From contig CP120459.1 of NCBI GenBank assembly GCA_034226945.1, positions 124,001 to 188,000 on the forward strand: a stretch of 64,000 nucleotides of DNA. The letters run 5' to 3'. The first letter of the stretch is position 1. Each line of letters starts with the position of its first letter. The translations under genes were made by a program, and so were the position numbers. A model generated the notes under the pieces. The model saw only the letters and a list, made by a program, of their open reading frames with translations, did no database searches and had not been told where the DNA came from. Shown piece by piece: positions 9,373 to 21,460 of the stretch. The DNA is from Picochlorum sp. SENEW3 (lineage: Eukaryota).

Positions 9373-10617
9373 ATGCTGCTATCGCGCATTCCTAGGGCCA
9401 CCAGACTGGTGGTGCCTGCTCGTGGCCCTACAAGCGATCAATCTTCTCGCCCTAGAGGACAAGGATTGAGGATCCAATCCCCATCAAGGTATAGAGTATT
9501 GTCATCAGGTGTTATTTCAAAGGCAGATCCTGAGGATGCGGCCGAGTCGCGGGAATCGTGCTATGGGACTGGAATGGAAGTGGAATGTGTGGTAAACCCA
9601 GAGTACTCTAGCGATGTTGAGGAAGGCGTCCAAGATACTATAGAAAAATCTGAAGATGCGTCTACTATTCTTGGATCTCTGGGAACAGTGTTGCTGCTCA
9701 TCAGCCCCTTCTTCTTTTGGGGGACTTCCATGGTTGCTATGAAAGAACTAGCCCCACATACAACGCCCATGCTGGTGGCTGCTTGGAGATTATTACCTGC
9801 TGGTGTTGTGCTTCTTATATGGGCGTATGCTGCTGGAAACAAAGGGCCGTCAGGGGCCATGGGATGGCTTGCTGTTGGTTTATTTGGTCTCATTGACGGG
9901 GCCTGTTTTCAAGGCTTTTTGGCAGAGGGGCTGCAGCGAACCCCTGCTGGATTGGGTTCTGTAATCATTGATTCTCAGCCATTATCGGTGGCAGTTATCG
10001 CGTCAGTACTGTTTGGAGAGTCCCTTGGACCTATAGCTGTGGTTGGACTGTTTTTGGGAGTTGCTGGGTTGTTGCTGCTTGAAGTCCCACCAAATGCTCT
10101 CTCGGATCTGGCCCATCTACAAATCAACACAAGTGCGTTGCAAACGAATTCGATTTGGGATTCAGGAGAATGGTGGATGCTCCTTGCTGCCCAGTCCATG
10201 GCTGTTGGAACAGTCATGGTGCGATGGGTGTCAAAGTACTGTGACCCCATTGCTGCAACTGGGTGGCACATGATTCTAGGTGGAATTCCTCTGCTTGTGC
10301 TAGCACAGCAAGAAAATCCTGGGTCTTCTTTGAATGACATCCTTTCAGTTCTGGACACGAACGATTATCTTCTTTTATTGTACGTATCCTTATTGGGTTC
10401 TGCTGCCAGTTATGGCGTATTTTTCTATCTAGCCACAGTTCGTGGGAGTCTAACACAACTCAGTAGCCTTACGTTTCTGACGCCCATGTTTGCTGCCTTG
10501 GGTGGCTACGTCGTCCTGGGAGAAGTTCTTACTCCAACACAGCTGGCTGGTGCACTCGTCACCATTGTAGGGGTAACATGTATCAATGTCAAGGGATCAG
10601 AGGATTCCTCTTCATAA
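9373..10617 (+). CDS. EamA/DMT-family transporter, probably chloroplast (WAT1-related)
   Basis: Two EamA repeats; SPFFFWGTSMVAMK, FQGFLAEGLQRTPAGLGSVIIDSQPL and LSSLTFLTPMFA motifs; transit-like N-terminus. Confidence 0.9.
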   Translation: MLLSRIPRATRLVVPARGPTSDQSSRPRGQGLRIQSPSRYRVLSSGVISKADPEDAAESRESCYGTGMEVECVVNPEYSSDVEEGVQDTIEKSEDASTILGSLGTVLLLISPFFFWGTSMVAMKELAPHTTPMLVAAWRLLPAGVVLLIWAYAAGNKGPSGAMGWLAVGLFGLIDGACFQGFLAEGLQRTPAGLGSVIIDSQPLSVAVIASVLFGESLGPIAVVGLFLGVAGLLLLEVPPNALSDLAHLQINTSALQTNSIWDSGEWWMLLAAQSMAVGTVMVRWVSKYCDPIAATGWHMILGGIPLLVLAQQENPGSSLNDILSVLDTNDYLLLLYVSLLGSAASYGVFFYLATVRGSLTQLSSLTFLTPMFAALGGYVVLGEVLTPTQLAGALVTIVGVTCINVKGSEDSSS

Positions 10618-10693
10618 TGTATCTTGCTTTCATTACAAAATGGTAAAAAAAAGAAATCATGCACATGTATCATACGTAGTCGCTGCCAGCACT

Positions 10694-11458
10694 TCAAGCA
10701 CTCGCTGCTGTTTTGGTATCTTCATTCTTTGCCTTCCAGTCCGACACCGCCGCCTTGATAGCGTCCTCAGCAAGCATGCTGCAGTGCAGTTTGACGGGTG
10801 GCAGATTCAAATGCTTGGCAATGTCGCTGTTCTTAATCGTCACAACCTCCTCGACATCCTTGCCCTTGATCCATTCAGTTGCAACACTGCTGCTTGCAAT
10901 GGCAGATCCACACCCAAACGTCTTGAAGCAAGAATCCACAATGTTGCCATCGTCATCCACCCTAATCTGCAGCTTCATAACATCCCCACATGCTGGTGCC
11001 CCAACCAGCCCTGTTCCAACATTCGGATCATCTTTATCGAAACTTCCAACATTCCTTGGCTTTTCATAATGATCCACCACCTGCACAGATGATGAACAAT
11101 GTCAGCAAGTCAGTCATAGGACACGACAAATCTTCTTCTCAGGATGAGAAACCCGACGTGTGTCGCACAAAGGACAACCCCTTCCCTCGCTCGTTCTAAA
11201 GACTATACTGTCTAATTAAAAGGCACATCCACTCCAATATGCCAACGAGGCAATGAGCAGAAACCTACTACAATAATCGTCCAATGTCCACGCATTCGTC
11301 TTCCAAGACACCTCGTCACTGATACTACGTACATTTTTATGATATTCTCGGAATCCAGAAATATCTTTCAACCCAGTTGTAATGGCGCGTGCTTCATGCG
11401 TCAAAGAAGAGTGAAGCCTTCTGGAAAGGCGTACAAGGCTACCGGCGCGAGCAGACAT
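10694..11458 (-). CDS. ISU1: Mitochondrial Fe-S scaffold IscU; exons 11333-11458 and 10694-11080
   Basis: YHKN|VVDHYEKPRNVGS, GAPACGDVM, FGCGSAIASS and LPPVKLHCSMLAEDA; 252-nt GT-AG intron, phase 0. Confidence 0.96.
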
Positions 11459-11602
11459 TTCAAATGTGTGCGATCTTTTCCGCCACAGGCAATTTACAAT
11501 TTCCAAGATTAATATAGAATTTAATGATGACTGTATCCGAGGCTTGCGTCCAACTATGGTGGGGCGAGGGAGGGCAGAGTTTCGTAAATAAGACTAAGAA
11601 TA

Positions 11603-11655
11603 AGATCTTCTAGAAGATCTAGATCTAGATCTTCTTTGTCTTTGCAATTGCAAAG
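11603..11655. promoter_or_regulatory. Cluster of perfect palindromes in the divergent ISU1/DUF455 promoter
   Basis: AGATCTTCTAGAAGATCT (11603-11620), GAAGATCTAGATCTAGATCTTC (11613-11634) and CTTTGCAATTGCAAAG (11640-11655). The function is inferred from position only. Confidence 0.4.
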
Positions 11656-11710
11656 CAAGTCTTGAAAGGTGTTGAGCTGCATTCGTGTAAGAATGGTTGC
11701 ATGAATACAG

Positions 11711-12694
11711 ATGAATACTGAACTAGATAGTGGCGATTCAGTCGAAGAAGCGCTTGCAAGGCTACAGACTGCTGAGGAATTGCAGCATTATGTATGTGTC
11801 AAGGGGAATGGGTCACGCACTTGCGACGTCATCGATGTTGCTATTCGTATATTGAAAGAGAGCGATGGCGATGTCAAGTGTAATATGACATCAGTTTGTT
11901 TAGATTTGTATGAGCAAGGGTTTCTGAAGACGCCTTGTGGTGGGCGATCGAGGCGTGTTCCTCCTGAAACACCTGGGAAGGATGCCAGGCTGGAGTTTGT
12001 TGGTGCTCATCAGATGCCAAATCGTGGTAAAGGAGGGTCATTGGCTTCTCGTCAAGCAATACTGCATTCACTGGTGCACATCGAGGGTTGTGCAGTTGAT
12101 TTAGCGCTGGATATCATGGCTCGGTTTGGAGAAGAGAATGCAACTGTGTTGACAGATGCCTTTTACCATGATTTTTTGGTGGTGGCTTCGGACGAGGCGA
12201 GGCATTATCAGGAACTGAAGAAAAGGCTTCGAGATACTGGTATGGAATATGGGGATCTGCCCGTCCACGAGGGATTGTGGGAAAGCGCTATGGAAACAAA
12301 GCATAGTTTGCCTGCTCGCCTGGCTGTAGAAAGTTGCGTTCATGAGGCGCGCGGTTTAGATATCCTGCCTCAGACAATTGCTCGATTCAGAAAGGGCGGT
12401 GATGAAGAATCTGCTGCTCTCTTGGAAAAGGTCGTGTACCCTGAGGAGATTACCCATTGTGCAGTTGGGGTGTCTTGGTTGAAGCGGTTGTTTGATGCAG
12501 CGCGGCAGGGGAATTGCTCGGATGTTCCATGGGTGAAAGAGGCTTTGGAATTCGATTCTGTCGAGTGTTGGTTTCACTGGCTGGTGAGGAACCATTTCCG
12601 TGGCAACTTGAAGCCACCATTCAATGAACAAGCTCGTTCAAAAGCTGGTTTTTCAAAGGAATGGTACATGCCTCTTGCAACAAAAAGTGGTTAA
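11711..12694 (+). CDS. DUF455-family ferritin-like (diiron) protein
   Basis: LHSLVHIE, DEARHY, YGDLPVHEGLW, VHEARGLD, EEITH and LKPPFN..AR.KAGF..EWY motifs. Confidence 0.88.
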   Translation: MNTELDSGDSVEEALARLQTAEELQHYVCVKGNGSRTCDVIDVAIRILKESDGDVKCNMTSVCLDLYEQGFLKTPCGGRSRRVPPETPGKDARLEFVGAHQMPNRGKGGSLASRQAILHSLVHIEGCAVDLALDIMARFGEENATVLTDAFYHDFLVVASDEARHYQELKKRLRDTGMEYGDLPVHEGLWESAMETKHSLPARLAVESCVHEARGLDILPQTIARFRKGGDEESAALLEKVVYPEEITHCAVGVSWLKRLFDAARQGNCSDVPWVKEALEFDSVECWFHWLVRNHFRGNLKPPFNEQARSKAGFSKEWYMPLATKSG

Positions 12695-12729
12695 AAGTGG
12701 CTTACTATTTATTTATTACATCTAACAGA

Positions 12730-14454
12730 TTACTGTACTGGCAACCAAAGGGATAGTAATACATCTGAATCATTCAGAAGTGGATCACCTTCACGGTGAC
12801 TGCAGCTGCTGCCGTCATGCAATCTGAACCAACCGCCAACATCCCTCACATCTTCCTCGAGTGCTTCAATATAAGAATTAGAATAAATATCTCGTATAGT
12901 ATCATTGCCTTGTAAGCAAATATCAATCAGCACTCCAGGGGCCTTCTCCCAACTCACATTCTTGAATAAAACCTCTATTGCATCTCCTGCTACAACATGC
13001 ATCAATGCTCCATCTATCATTGTACTGAATATATTTTTGGCTATAGAATAATCTACCCGAAGCATAGTTTCGTCATGCATGGAGCCATACTCGACACTAA
13101 ACTCTACATGCTTGACTTTACTGAAACTATGTGCAGAGTCCAGCAATGGTGTCACCACCTGAAACAAATTGCATGATTCTGACACAATCTGGCCTCTCCG
13201 AGTTTTTTCTGACTTTCCCTGTAGTATCTCAGCGACAGCCTCACCGTTGCTTTCATCATCATCATCATCATCTAGTGAAGAGACGGAAGGCACTGAATCC
13301 CAATTATCTGCCCCAATGGAGCTGGAGGGCAGTGCAGGGTACGACTTCACCTCCCTCTTCCTTGTGTTGGTCCGACTCCTTTGCCTAGAACTAGTCTCAT
13401 CTTTTTCAGCATTCTCAGACGATGATAGATATTGTTTGGGGGATGATTGTACGGATGGGTTCAAGACATTTTGGATTTGCGAGACAATCTCTCCCAAGTA
13501 CTGTCCCTGAGCAACAATACTATCAGTCATGTCTCTCTCCGGATCCCCTGGTGCTAATCGAGGCTGCAACATTCTGCCCAATGTTTTCAGCGTACTCAAT
13601 GGTTTCGTTGCTTGTATAATAAGGCGCTGCATTCTTTCTTGTTGAACTTGAGTTCCAGATCGCTCTAGCACAGCCCTCAAATCCATCGCACAGGACAAGG
13701 CCAATGCAATCCCAGATTGCTTGATTATTCCTATTTCAGCTGGGCCAAACACGTCGTTTACCGGTGGCAACATTGTATCACTTCCATGCTGTAGAGTCCG
13801 CTCCACAAGAAGCAATCCAACCAAAAAAGAACGATGAACCAGAGGCAACACCAGCCCTCCATTGTCAGGAAGCACAATCATTGGCTGCTTTACTACCCAT
13901 GCCTCCTCTGCTCCAGCCATCTCATCTCCCAAGGAAAACTCATTAGCCAGTATTGATGACTTCTCTGGAACTTCCCATGCATCATCACTAGTTGCAACGA
14001 GTTGCATATTCAGAGTCCGAGCTGCAATACTCTTGGGCGTACGCCAGTATACAGCGCAGCGTACGCCTATATTCACAAGCTCTTCTTCCCGTATCCGTGC
14101 CTCAAGCATGGAAACAAGCATATCAAGTTGTAACTTGACAAGCTCAAGCAACTCTACACTGGGCTGATTTCCCGCCGCCCTATCCTGCTGTCGTTGCAAA
14201 CCCAACCCCAATGACTCTTGTTGCTGGCTGGTATCATTAACACGGGTCACTGGAGACGGTGGGGAGGAAGGAAAAGACTCTTCCCCAGTCTCTCCTGCAG
14301 GTTTGAGTGACCGACACAACACTAGTTCGACTTCTGATCGCCCTGCAATAGTTTTACTACGCAAAAGAGGCCGATTGATACCTTGAATTCTCCTGCCTAC
14401 AGTAGAAGCCCGAGACAAAGAAGAAGCCGAGCAACGACACCCACCCCCACACAT
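12730..14454 (-). CDS. CSK: Chloroplast sensor kinase (Hik2/CSK): GAF domain plus degenerate His-kinase domain
   Basis: GAF segment LVLPLVHRSFLVGLLLVE; DHp-like LIIQATKPLSTLKTLGRML; N-box-like IFSTMIDGAL; C-terminal LWLP. ATG at 14454 is followed by a transit-like sequence. Confidence 0.8.
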   Translation of the reverse strand: MCGGGCRCSASSLSRASTVGRRIQGINRPLLRSKTIAGRSEVELVLCRSLKPAGETGEESFPSSPPSPVTRVNDTSQQQESLGLGLQRQQDRAAGNQPSVELLELVKLQLDMLVSMLEARIREEELVNIGVRCAVYWRTPKSIAARTLNMQLVATSDDAWEVPEKSSILANEFSLGDEMAGAEEAWVVKQPMIVLPDNGGLVLPLVHRSFLVGLLLVERTLQHGSDTMLPPVNDVFGPAEIGIIKQSGIALALSCAMDLRAVLERSGTQVQQERMQRLIIQATKPLSTLKTLGRMLQPRLAPGDPERDMTDSIVAQGQYLGEIVSQIQNVLNPSVQSSPKQYLSSSENAEKDETSSRQRSRTNTRKREVKSYPALPSSSIGADNWDSVPSVSSLDDDDDDESNGEAVAEILQGKSEKTRRGQIVSESCNLFQVVTPLLDSAHSFSKVKHVEFSVEYGSMHDETMLRVDYSIAKNIFSTMIDGALMHVVAGDAIEVLFKNVSWEKAPGVLIDICLQGNDTIRDIYSNSYIEALEEDVRDVGGWFRLHDGSSCSHREGDPLLNDSDVLLSLWLPVQ

Positions 14455-14906
14455 GGTTGCAGTCTTTGCTGTTTGGCCTATCAATCCAACAGATAATGGC
14501 CAAAGACACGTGTATTTATTCAAATTGCATGCGTGCAGCACTGCATTTACCCCGTCCTGCCCCGAGGAGTAGGAGAAACACGTGTAAAGCCAGTCTTTCT
14601 TCAAAATGACTGCTATCCTCTGTATTTCTGACTCTTACACAAGTATATTACGCATATACATATGTGGAGGAAAGGAACTCCTGCATGAAATCGATGACTA
14701 TCTTGGATCTTCAGGCTCTTGGCTTCCGTAAATAAGCAATTTGCACGATTCCTGTTTTCCTCTTGTTGTGATCTGCATCGTTCGATCTGTCGTACACAAC
14801 ACAAAATCAAATGTTTATGGTGTTGGGAAGTGGCAGCCATTAGAGTGGCTTTGAATCAAGGAGTTTGGTGACGAGAAGGAAGAGCAACAACGAAGGAAGA
14901 GCCACC

Positions 14907-17900
14907 ATGACTTCCTATTGGCCGCCATTTAAGGATTTATACACATATATCGACCATCTAAAGGTTGAAATAGGGAGCAGTGCGGTAGGAGGAGTGACGG
15001 ATGAATTGAAAGAGTTTTTGGACTTGTACAAGCCTTGGCTGGTTCTGGGGCTAGCAGGATTCAAGCAAAGATCTGGGGATGATATCGATGCTGTACAGTC
15101 CATGCAGATTCCTGTGTTTGTTCGCGATTCTCTCAGTGGATTTGTTCGATCTGATGGGACGAAAGAGGTGACGATTGATTCGAAAATGAGGCTGGCTGCC
15201 AAGGAGCTGAGCATGTATTTGGACATGGATGGTCATCAGGCGCTGTATTTGGTGCATCTATGGATGGAAGAATCTGTATCTGATGGTTCGGGGAGGAAAA
15301 GGCAGCGCGAGACTGTGTTGTCGGAGGATGGGCATGTAACAATGCAGCAATTAGCAAGCATGTCTCAAATGTACTGCGATGAGCGTCTGAATTTATTGAG
15401 GTCTTTGGAAGATATTCTGTGGATTGGAGAAGAGACGGTAGAATCTTCTGTGAGAGATACAATAGAAGGGTTGATTGTGGATATGTTGAAGGCTGAGAAA
15501 GATACTGAGCAGGTGACTGTATCGGCCTTGGCGCAAAGTTTGAACACAAGGGACTCACCAGCTCATAAAGCTATTATTATGGGTAAAGGAAAAGATTATT
15601 CCTTGTACAATTGGGCTGAAATTGTTGTTCAGGGAAAAGAGGCTGAATGTACTAGATTGGTGAGCATATTGATGCTCTTGTATTATAGACCGAGAAAACA
15701 GTGCACAGCAGACCGGTTTGTGGAATTGCTGGGTATGTTCCGGCAGCATCTTCAACACACCGGTTCATCAAAGGGCCATAAAAATTTTCAGAAATTGGTC
15801 CGTGTACACTCTCTTTTTTGTATCTACATGTGTGGAAGATTAACAAGCCTTTCTTTGATGTTTGTAGGGTATGCTGTTGTTGCTGGAAATACTAGTACTT
15901 GACATAAACACTCCCCTGCGACAGGTAGCTGAGGGCAAAACGGTCTCGGAGGAAAGTTACGCATTCTTAAGAAAGAGTATTTTGGACAGTATTACCGATG
16001 AAATTGAAATGATTGCACAATCAGGGCATAGCTTGTCGAGTCCCGTGGTTCTGACATGGGCAGCCATTTTGATCATTCTTGCACAAGATTCGCATACAGG
16101 AACGCGTTTAGCTAGCTTAGTTCAAGACCAAGAGCCTTTATATGGCTACAAAATGATCATGGATTTGCCAGATGTGCAGCAGAGTACAGCAAAGCAGTTG
16201 AATGGCTTCATTGTATATCATGCCATTGCCCTGCTGCTGGCTGCTTTTGGATTGGAGCCTACTCGTATGCCCGAAAATAGAACGAATATTCTTATCGATC
16301 TATTTTGTATGCTTTTCGAGCAAAATTCTGTGCGCGAGACGTTCCTATTCAACTTGGAAGATGCGCTGTCACAGCCCACATTGAAGTTCATGGATGCATG
16401 TGCCACTTTTTTTCCAGCAAAGCCTAGCCATGTACTGAGAATATTATCGGCACTTTGTTCATCTCATGAAGGTTCAATGTTCTCCAATTTATACCTTGAG
16501 AAACTCCATTACCTTACTCTGGAGCATCCGCCCAATGAATTATCAATGCTGGATTTCAAAGGCGATGCTGTTGTTGAAGCCAAGTTGGATATTCCTGTGA
16601 GAGGCACACGCATGATGATTCCTAAAGGCACTGTCGGTAAACAGGTATTGGAAAACAGTATTCTACAGAAAGCTACTGGGTCAGATATGGACTCAGAATA
16701 TATTGCCTGGAACATAACTGTTGATAAAGATCAGGTCAGCCTCATCTTGCTGGCACGGCTACTTTCAGGGCTTGAATCTATGCGTAATACTGCTTTAACA
16801 TCTTGCAATTTTCTGCTATCGGAAATTGAGGTCATACTTCAATTTTACGAATCTCTTTGCTCTAGTAACGATTTGATGGTGCTGGATGTTATGAATCTAC
16901 AGATATTAATGGATGGCTCAACCTCGGTAGACATGATATCGATTCTTGGGACTTGCATTTCTAGGCTACTCACGGAACCTGGCAACGTTCATGAAGATAC
17001 AACAAGCATCCATGGCTTGCTGTCTTTGTGTTTCAAGATGTGCTCATACTTTGCCCCATACTGTCCTAGCAGAATTTGCAATATTCTTATGAGTGGCTTG
17101 GGAGTGTCCGTAGTCCAGCTCAAGCTTTCTAGACATATGGCTCAAAGCGAAATGTCGTTGCCTCTGTGGGATAAATTGATGAGTGCATGGGTGGATGGAA
17201 AACCTAGGGCATATGAGTCAGTGCTGTCATTGTTTCATCTGTTAGTTGTGTTCCTCCAGACCTCATATGGACCAAAAGACAACATTCTCCTATTATCACT
17301 AAATATTACACAGCTTGCAATACCTTACATAGCTTGTCAGTCAGGAAGCGAGGAGAAATGGAACTTGTCTGCTGCATGTCTTACAATCGTTCGACATTCC
17401 TTGCTGATAGAAAAAGAGGAGAAATATGACGAACTTTTTGGACTCGAGAAGGAGATATTGAAAATGATATACCCACTTCTTCCTCCAGATGCGAAAACAA
17501 TTCAGCACGATAGAGAGCACCAATCTGAGGCAGAAGCAATTGAAAAATGCTGTGTCAAATGGCTGCGGCTCATGCCAGTCCTTCTCTCTGCTTCAAAGTC
17601 TGATAATTTGATGCACGTATACTCCGACGAAGAGTTTGAGGCAGGGAAAAGGTTCAATGAGGAGTATCTATTCACTTCTAGAGATGGCGTGACGCCTTCC
17701 CCAGCAGCAACTCTTTTATCATACCTCTCTTACCCATATTTTAGTTCTGAGGATAGAGCAGCGGTGGTGAGGAGCATGGCTCATTTGCTGAGCTATGACA
17801 GCAAAGTACCAGTAACAGCATTTCTTCCAAAAGATGGAGCACGATTGTCGCTACTTGAGTCATGCATGGTTATTGTGAATGCAGTCAATGCAGAAAATCC

Positions 17901-20622
17901 CAGCGGAATAGAATCACTGTTTGGTGCAGCTTGTGACGTCCTGTGTATGGCAGTTTCATATCATCCCACTTTGGCAGTTCTGTTGCTGCCTGAAACTTCA
18001 GAAGAGAATCTGAGCAAAGCACCCTGTAGCTGTACCGATCACATTTTGAAATTCGCAGAGAAAGCTGACATTTTATATTCCTCTCATCCCCGCCGCTTGG
18101 ACAAAGTTCTTGACGTGATATGTGCAGCTATTACCAGCAAGACTTTGCGAAATGGTGTAGTATCAGGAATATTGATGAATGAATCGATCTGGAATTCATT
18201 CATGAAAACTCTAGAAAACGCCTCCCAGAACGATGTGCAGAGTGCACTTGAGGCTGAACAATCTGTGGAAAATGCTATCCACCAACTGAATATCGAGATG
18301 AAAATCATGGACATATTTGTAGCGGCAGTTTGTTCAGGATTGATTCCGTCAGAAACGGATCAAAATCCTTGGAGTGTCGTAGATGCTCCCATAGAATCGC
18401 ATTTCACTCGTCTAGCTGGCAAGTTGCTGCAGAGATATTGCAATGGCCTTGGAAGCATACCTCTTTGGATTGAAATGCTAAAAGCTCGCCAGCTTGCGGC
18501 CATTTCCGGTATAAAAGCTTTATTTTACTCATTTTCAAATGATGGCCTGCGTAAAACTCTAGCTTTTGAAGAAAGCTCGTTGATTGCAAAGCTTGTTTCC
18601 AGTGCTGGTGTAGAGGAGGTTGGCCATTTTCAGGACATGGAGACTCTCTGCTCAGATCTGCTCCAAAAGACAATAGCACTGGACGAGACGCAATACTTGG
18701 AACCTTTAATTTCGATATCAAGCATTTTTCTTGGGCCTGTTTTGAGACGGAGTCCTGACAGTTTGGGAGAAGATGAACTTTCCTTGGAGCCAGAGTGTCT
18801 ACCCAAAAGGATTGGCAGCGCGTGGAGTAAATTAATTGAGGAATGTTCAGGCCTTGAGGCTCAAATGTCTCATTTGAGAAATATTATTTCACTTGAGCAA
18901 TCTCTTTGTGAATGTTTGAGATCATTGGATTCGTTCTTTGCAGTTGTGTTCAAACGCTGGCCAGATTTGCTCCCAAAGGAGGTGGAGTTGGACACTTTGG
19001 TGAAATTGCTCGGTCTAATTCTGCAGGATCAGTCTGAGAAAGAAGAAATCTTAAAGCCTAAACAAGACACAATCATGCGCATAGGTACAAGCGTCTCGAA
19101 TATATCTCTAGTCTATTCTAAGGCAGCACAAGTCATTCATCTGGATGAAGAGGATTTCTTCAACATGGTGGGGTCATGGGCAGATAAAGAGCTTGCATTC
19201 TCTGGGGATGGCTATTCACTTTGCTCATCAATTCTAGCAAATTTAATCGCCGTGGGCATTAATATCAGTTCGCGGTCATATGGCAAAGGCAGTGACACGG
19301 GGGATGCTTGTGCAAACTTGTTGCCCAAACTATTGGTTCTGAGCAGTCATTCTTCTTCTAAGATCGCTTGTCCCGCATCCTCACTGTGTATGCATCTCAT
19401 GCATTCACGTGTGACGGCAGATATATGGGAGGATTTTGTGGAAAATTTCATGATCATTGAAACTCTCAACTCCATATTTGATATCCTCGGGGCCTCTGAT
19501 AATACCAGTACAATCATACATGAGCAAACCTTACGAATGAAATCCATGCTGCTTCTGGCCTCACAAATAGTGACGTCGAGTCGACAAGGGGCCGAATCTT
19601 TGGTGTCAAAAGGTATTTGTGATGCTCTCATATCAATATGCTATTGGCTATCAGACAGCCTGCCAAGCCATGGCTTGGTGCGAGACAAGGTTCCAAGCAG
19701 CCCCAAACCAAGCGAGGATACAGTGGAACTGGGAGGAAGATACCTGGAGAATGGTGAACGATTTGAAGTCCACGAAGTCTGGTGTAACGTTTTGCTTCTT
19801 TGCTCTCTTCTCTGGACAACTCTACCAGGGCACAGGAAAGTGCAATCGCTGCTGCTTCGGATAGCTGTCATCATGTCTGATCGTTTGACCATTGCCTTGG
19901 CACCACCAAACGGAGAGAATCAATTCTTGACGCACGCGTATGTTGAAGAGGGAAGATCAGCCATTGCTTTTATTTCTACAATGGCACGATTTGAAGGGGA
20001 ATGGCTTGTCAACCAGCCAGATATGATGACACGTATGAGGCAAGCCACAGCCAAATTCTTAGAGTTCATCGCAGACGTGAATGATACCACGCTGTGCGCT
20101 GCCGTGTCCAATAGAGAAATCAAACAAAACGCAGTGGTTCTCCTGGATAATAAATTGTCTCATATGTTGAACTTGCAAGTTCAAGATCTGAACATGATCC
20201 ACTCTGGGCTTGGGACAAGAGCATCCGAGGGATGCTCAAAACTCACATTGTTCTCCTTTGAAGTTGCAGTAGAAACGTACTCAATGGTTAAATATGCTTT
20301 GGATTTCCAAATCAAATTATCTCCAGAGATAAGCGAGGCAGAGATATCGTTGTTGAGGGACACTTGGGTGTCTGGGATGGTCTTGGAAGGCTTGGTAACA
20401 CGTGTTGCGTCTAGTCTAGCAGACATTCTGGAGGAAAAATCCCGTCTTTTGGATTCAAAGTCAATCCAAAAAACTCAGATAAATTCATTGGTAGAGAAAT
20501 GTGTCGCAATAATCGAAAATGGGCAAGGGTTAATGGAGAGAATGTCTCATAAAATTCCACCCCAGCTCAAGCAAGACATTGCATCAATATGTGAAAAAGC
20601 ACAAATGCATGATATTGATTAA
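14907..20622 (+). CDS. NUP188: Nucleoporin Nup188-like; exons 14907-15797 and 15868-20622
   Basis: GCCACCATG start. The N-terminus (WPPF...PWLVLGLAGFK, ELSMYLDMD, YCDERLNLL, LLYY..C) resembles plant Nup188. ~1,880-aa helical protein; intron 15798-15867 joins the two ORFs in frame. Confidence 0.72.
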
Positions 20623-20674
20623 ATATAGTATATTGACATAGTAATCTTGGTATCATGAGTTGATTAGAAAAGTA

Positions 20675-21460
20675 TCAAGATGACATGGCATCCCTGATTC
20701 GGGCTCCATTTTTCATTATCCTCCAAGCAGCCATTGCCGCAGCAAAACCAGAGTCAATATTCACAACGGTAACCCCGGGAGCAGACGATGTCAACGCTGC
20801 CATCAATGGTGTCAATCCATTCATAGATGCACCATATCCTGTCGAGGTAGGAAGTGAGATGACGGGGCATTCGACCATACCAGCCACAACACTGGCAACC
20901 CCTCCATCCATTCCAGTGACACAGATGACAACATCTGCCGCTCGTACAGCATCTAAATTTTCAACAACACGATGCATACCCATAACACCTGCATCTGGTA
21001 GTTTAAAGCAGTAGCATCCAGTAGCTTGGAGCATCACTCTGCATTCCTCAATGACGTGAGGATTTGCAGTTCCCGCAGTAATCAAGGCAACCGTCCCTGG
21101 CAGCTTTTTCCTCGCAACGGACGGTAATTTGAGCGTCAAAGATGCACCAGTGCTGTTATACTCACACTCTGGAAGTATCTTCTGAACCTCGGACGCGATA
21201 TGTGAGCTAACCCTGGTAGCAGCTGCCATGCCCTGGCGATGTGCAATCTTCTGAAGGCTCTCTGCAATCTGAGATGCAGTCTTTCCCTCCCCCCACACAA
21301 CCTCAGGAAAATTAGCTTGGAGAATAGCAGTGTCATTTTGAGATGCTTCTGCACCAGCCGGGGCAATGCTTGCGAGCTGCGCCGTTGCTTCCTGCACAGT
21401 CACAGATCCGGTGGCAACTGCATTCAGCAATGCTGCAAGCTCGGCCTGTCCTGAACCCAT
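20675..21460 (-). CDS. larB: LarB/CpmA-like PurE-superfamily protein
   Basis: FPEVVWGEGKT..QI, ITAGTA, DAGVMGMHR, GMDGG.ASVVAGMV..PVI.LPTSTGYGAS and GVTVVNIDSGF motifs. The start is 21460 or 21487. Confidence 0.88.
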   Translation of the reverse strand: MGSGQAELAALLNAVATGSVTVQEATAQLASIAPAGAEASQNDTAILQANFPEVVWGEGKTASQIAESLQKIAHRQGMAAATRVSSHIASEVQKILPECEYNSTGASLTLKLPSVARKKLPGTVALITAGTANPHVIEECRVMLQATGCYCFKLPDAGVMGMHRVVENLDAVRAADVVICVTGMDGGVASVVAGMVECPVISLPTSTGYGASMNGLTPLMAALTSSAPGVTVVNIDSGFAAAMAAWRIMKNGARIRDAMSS

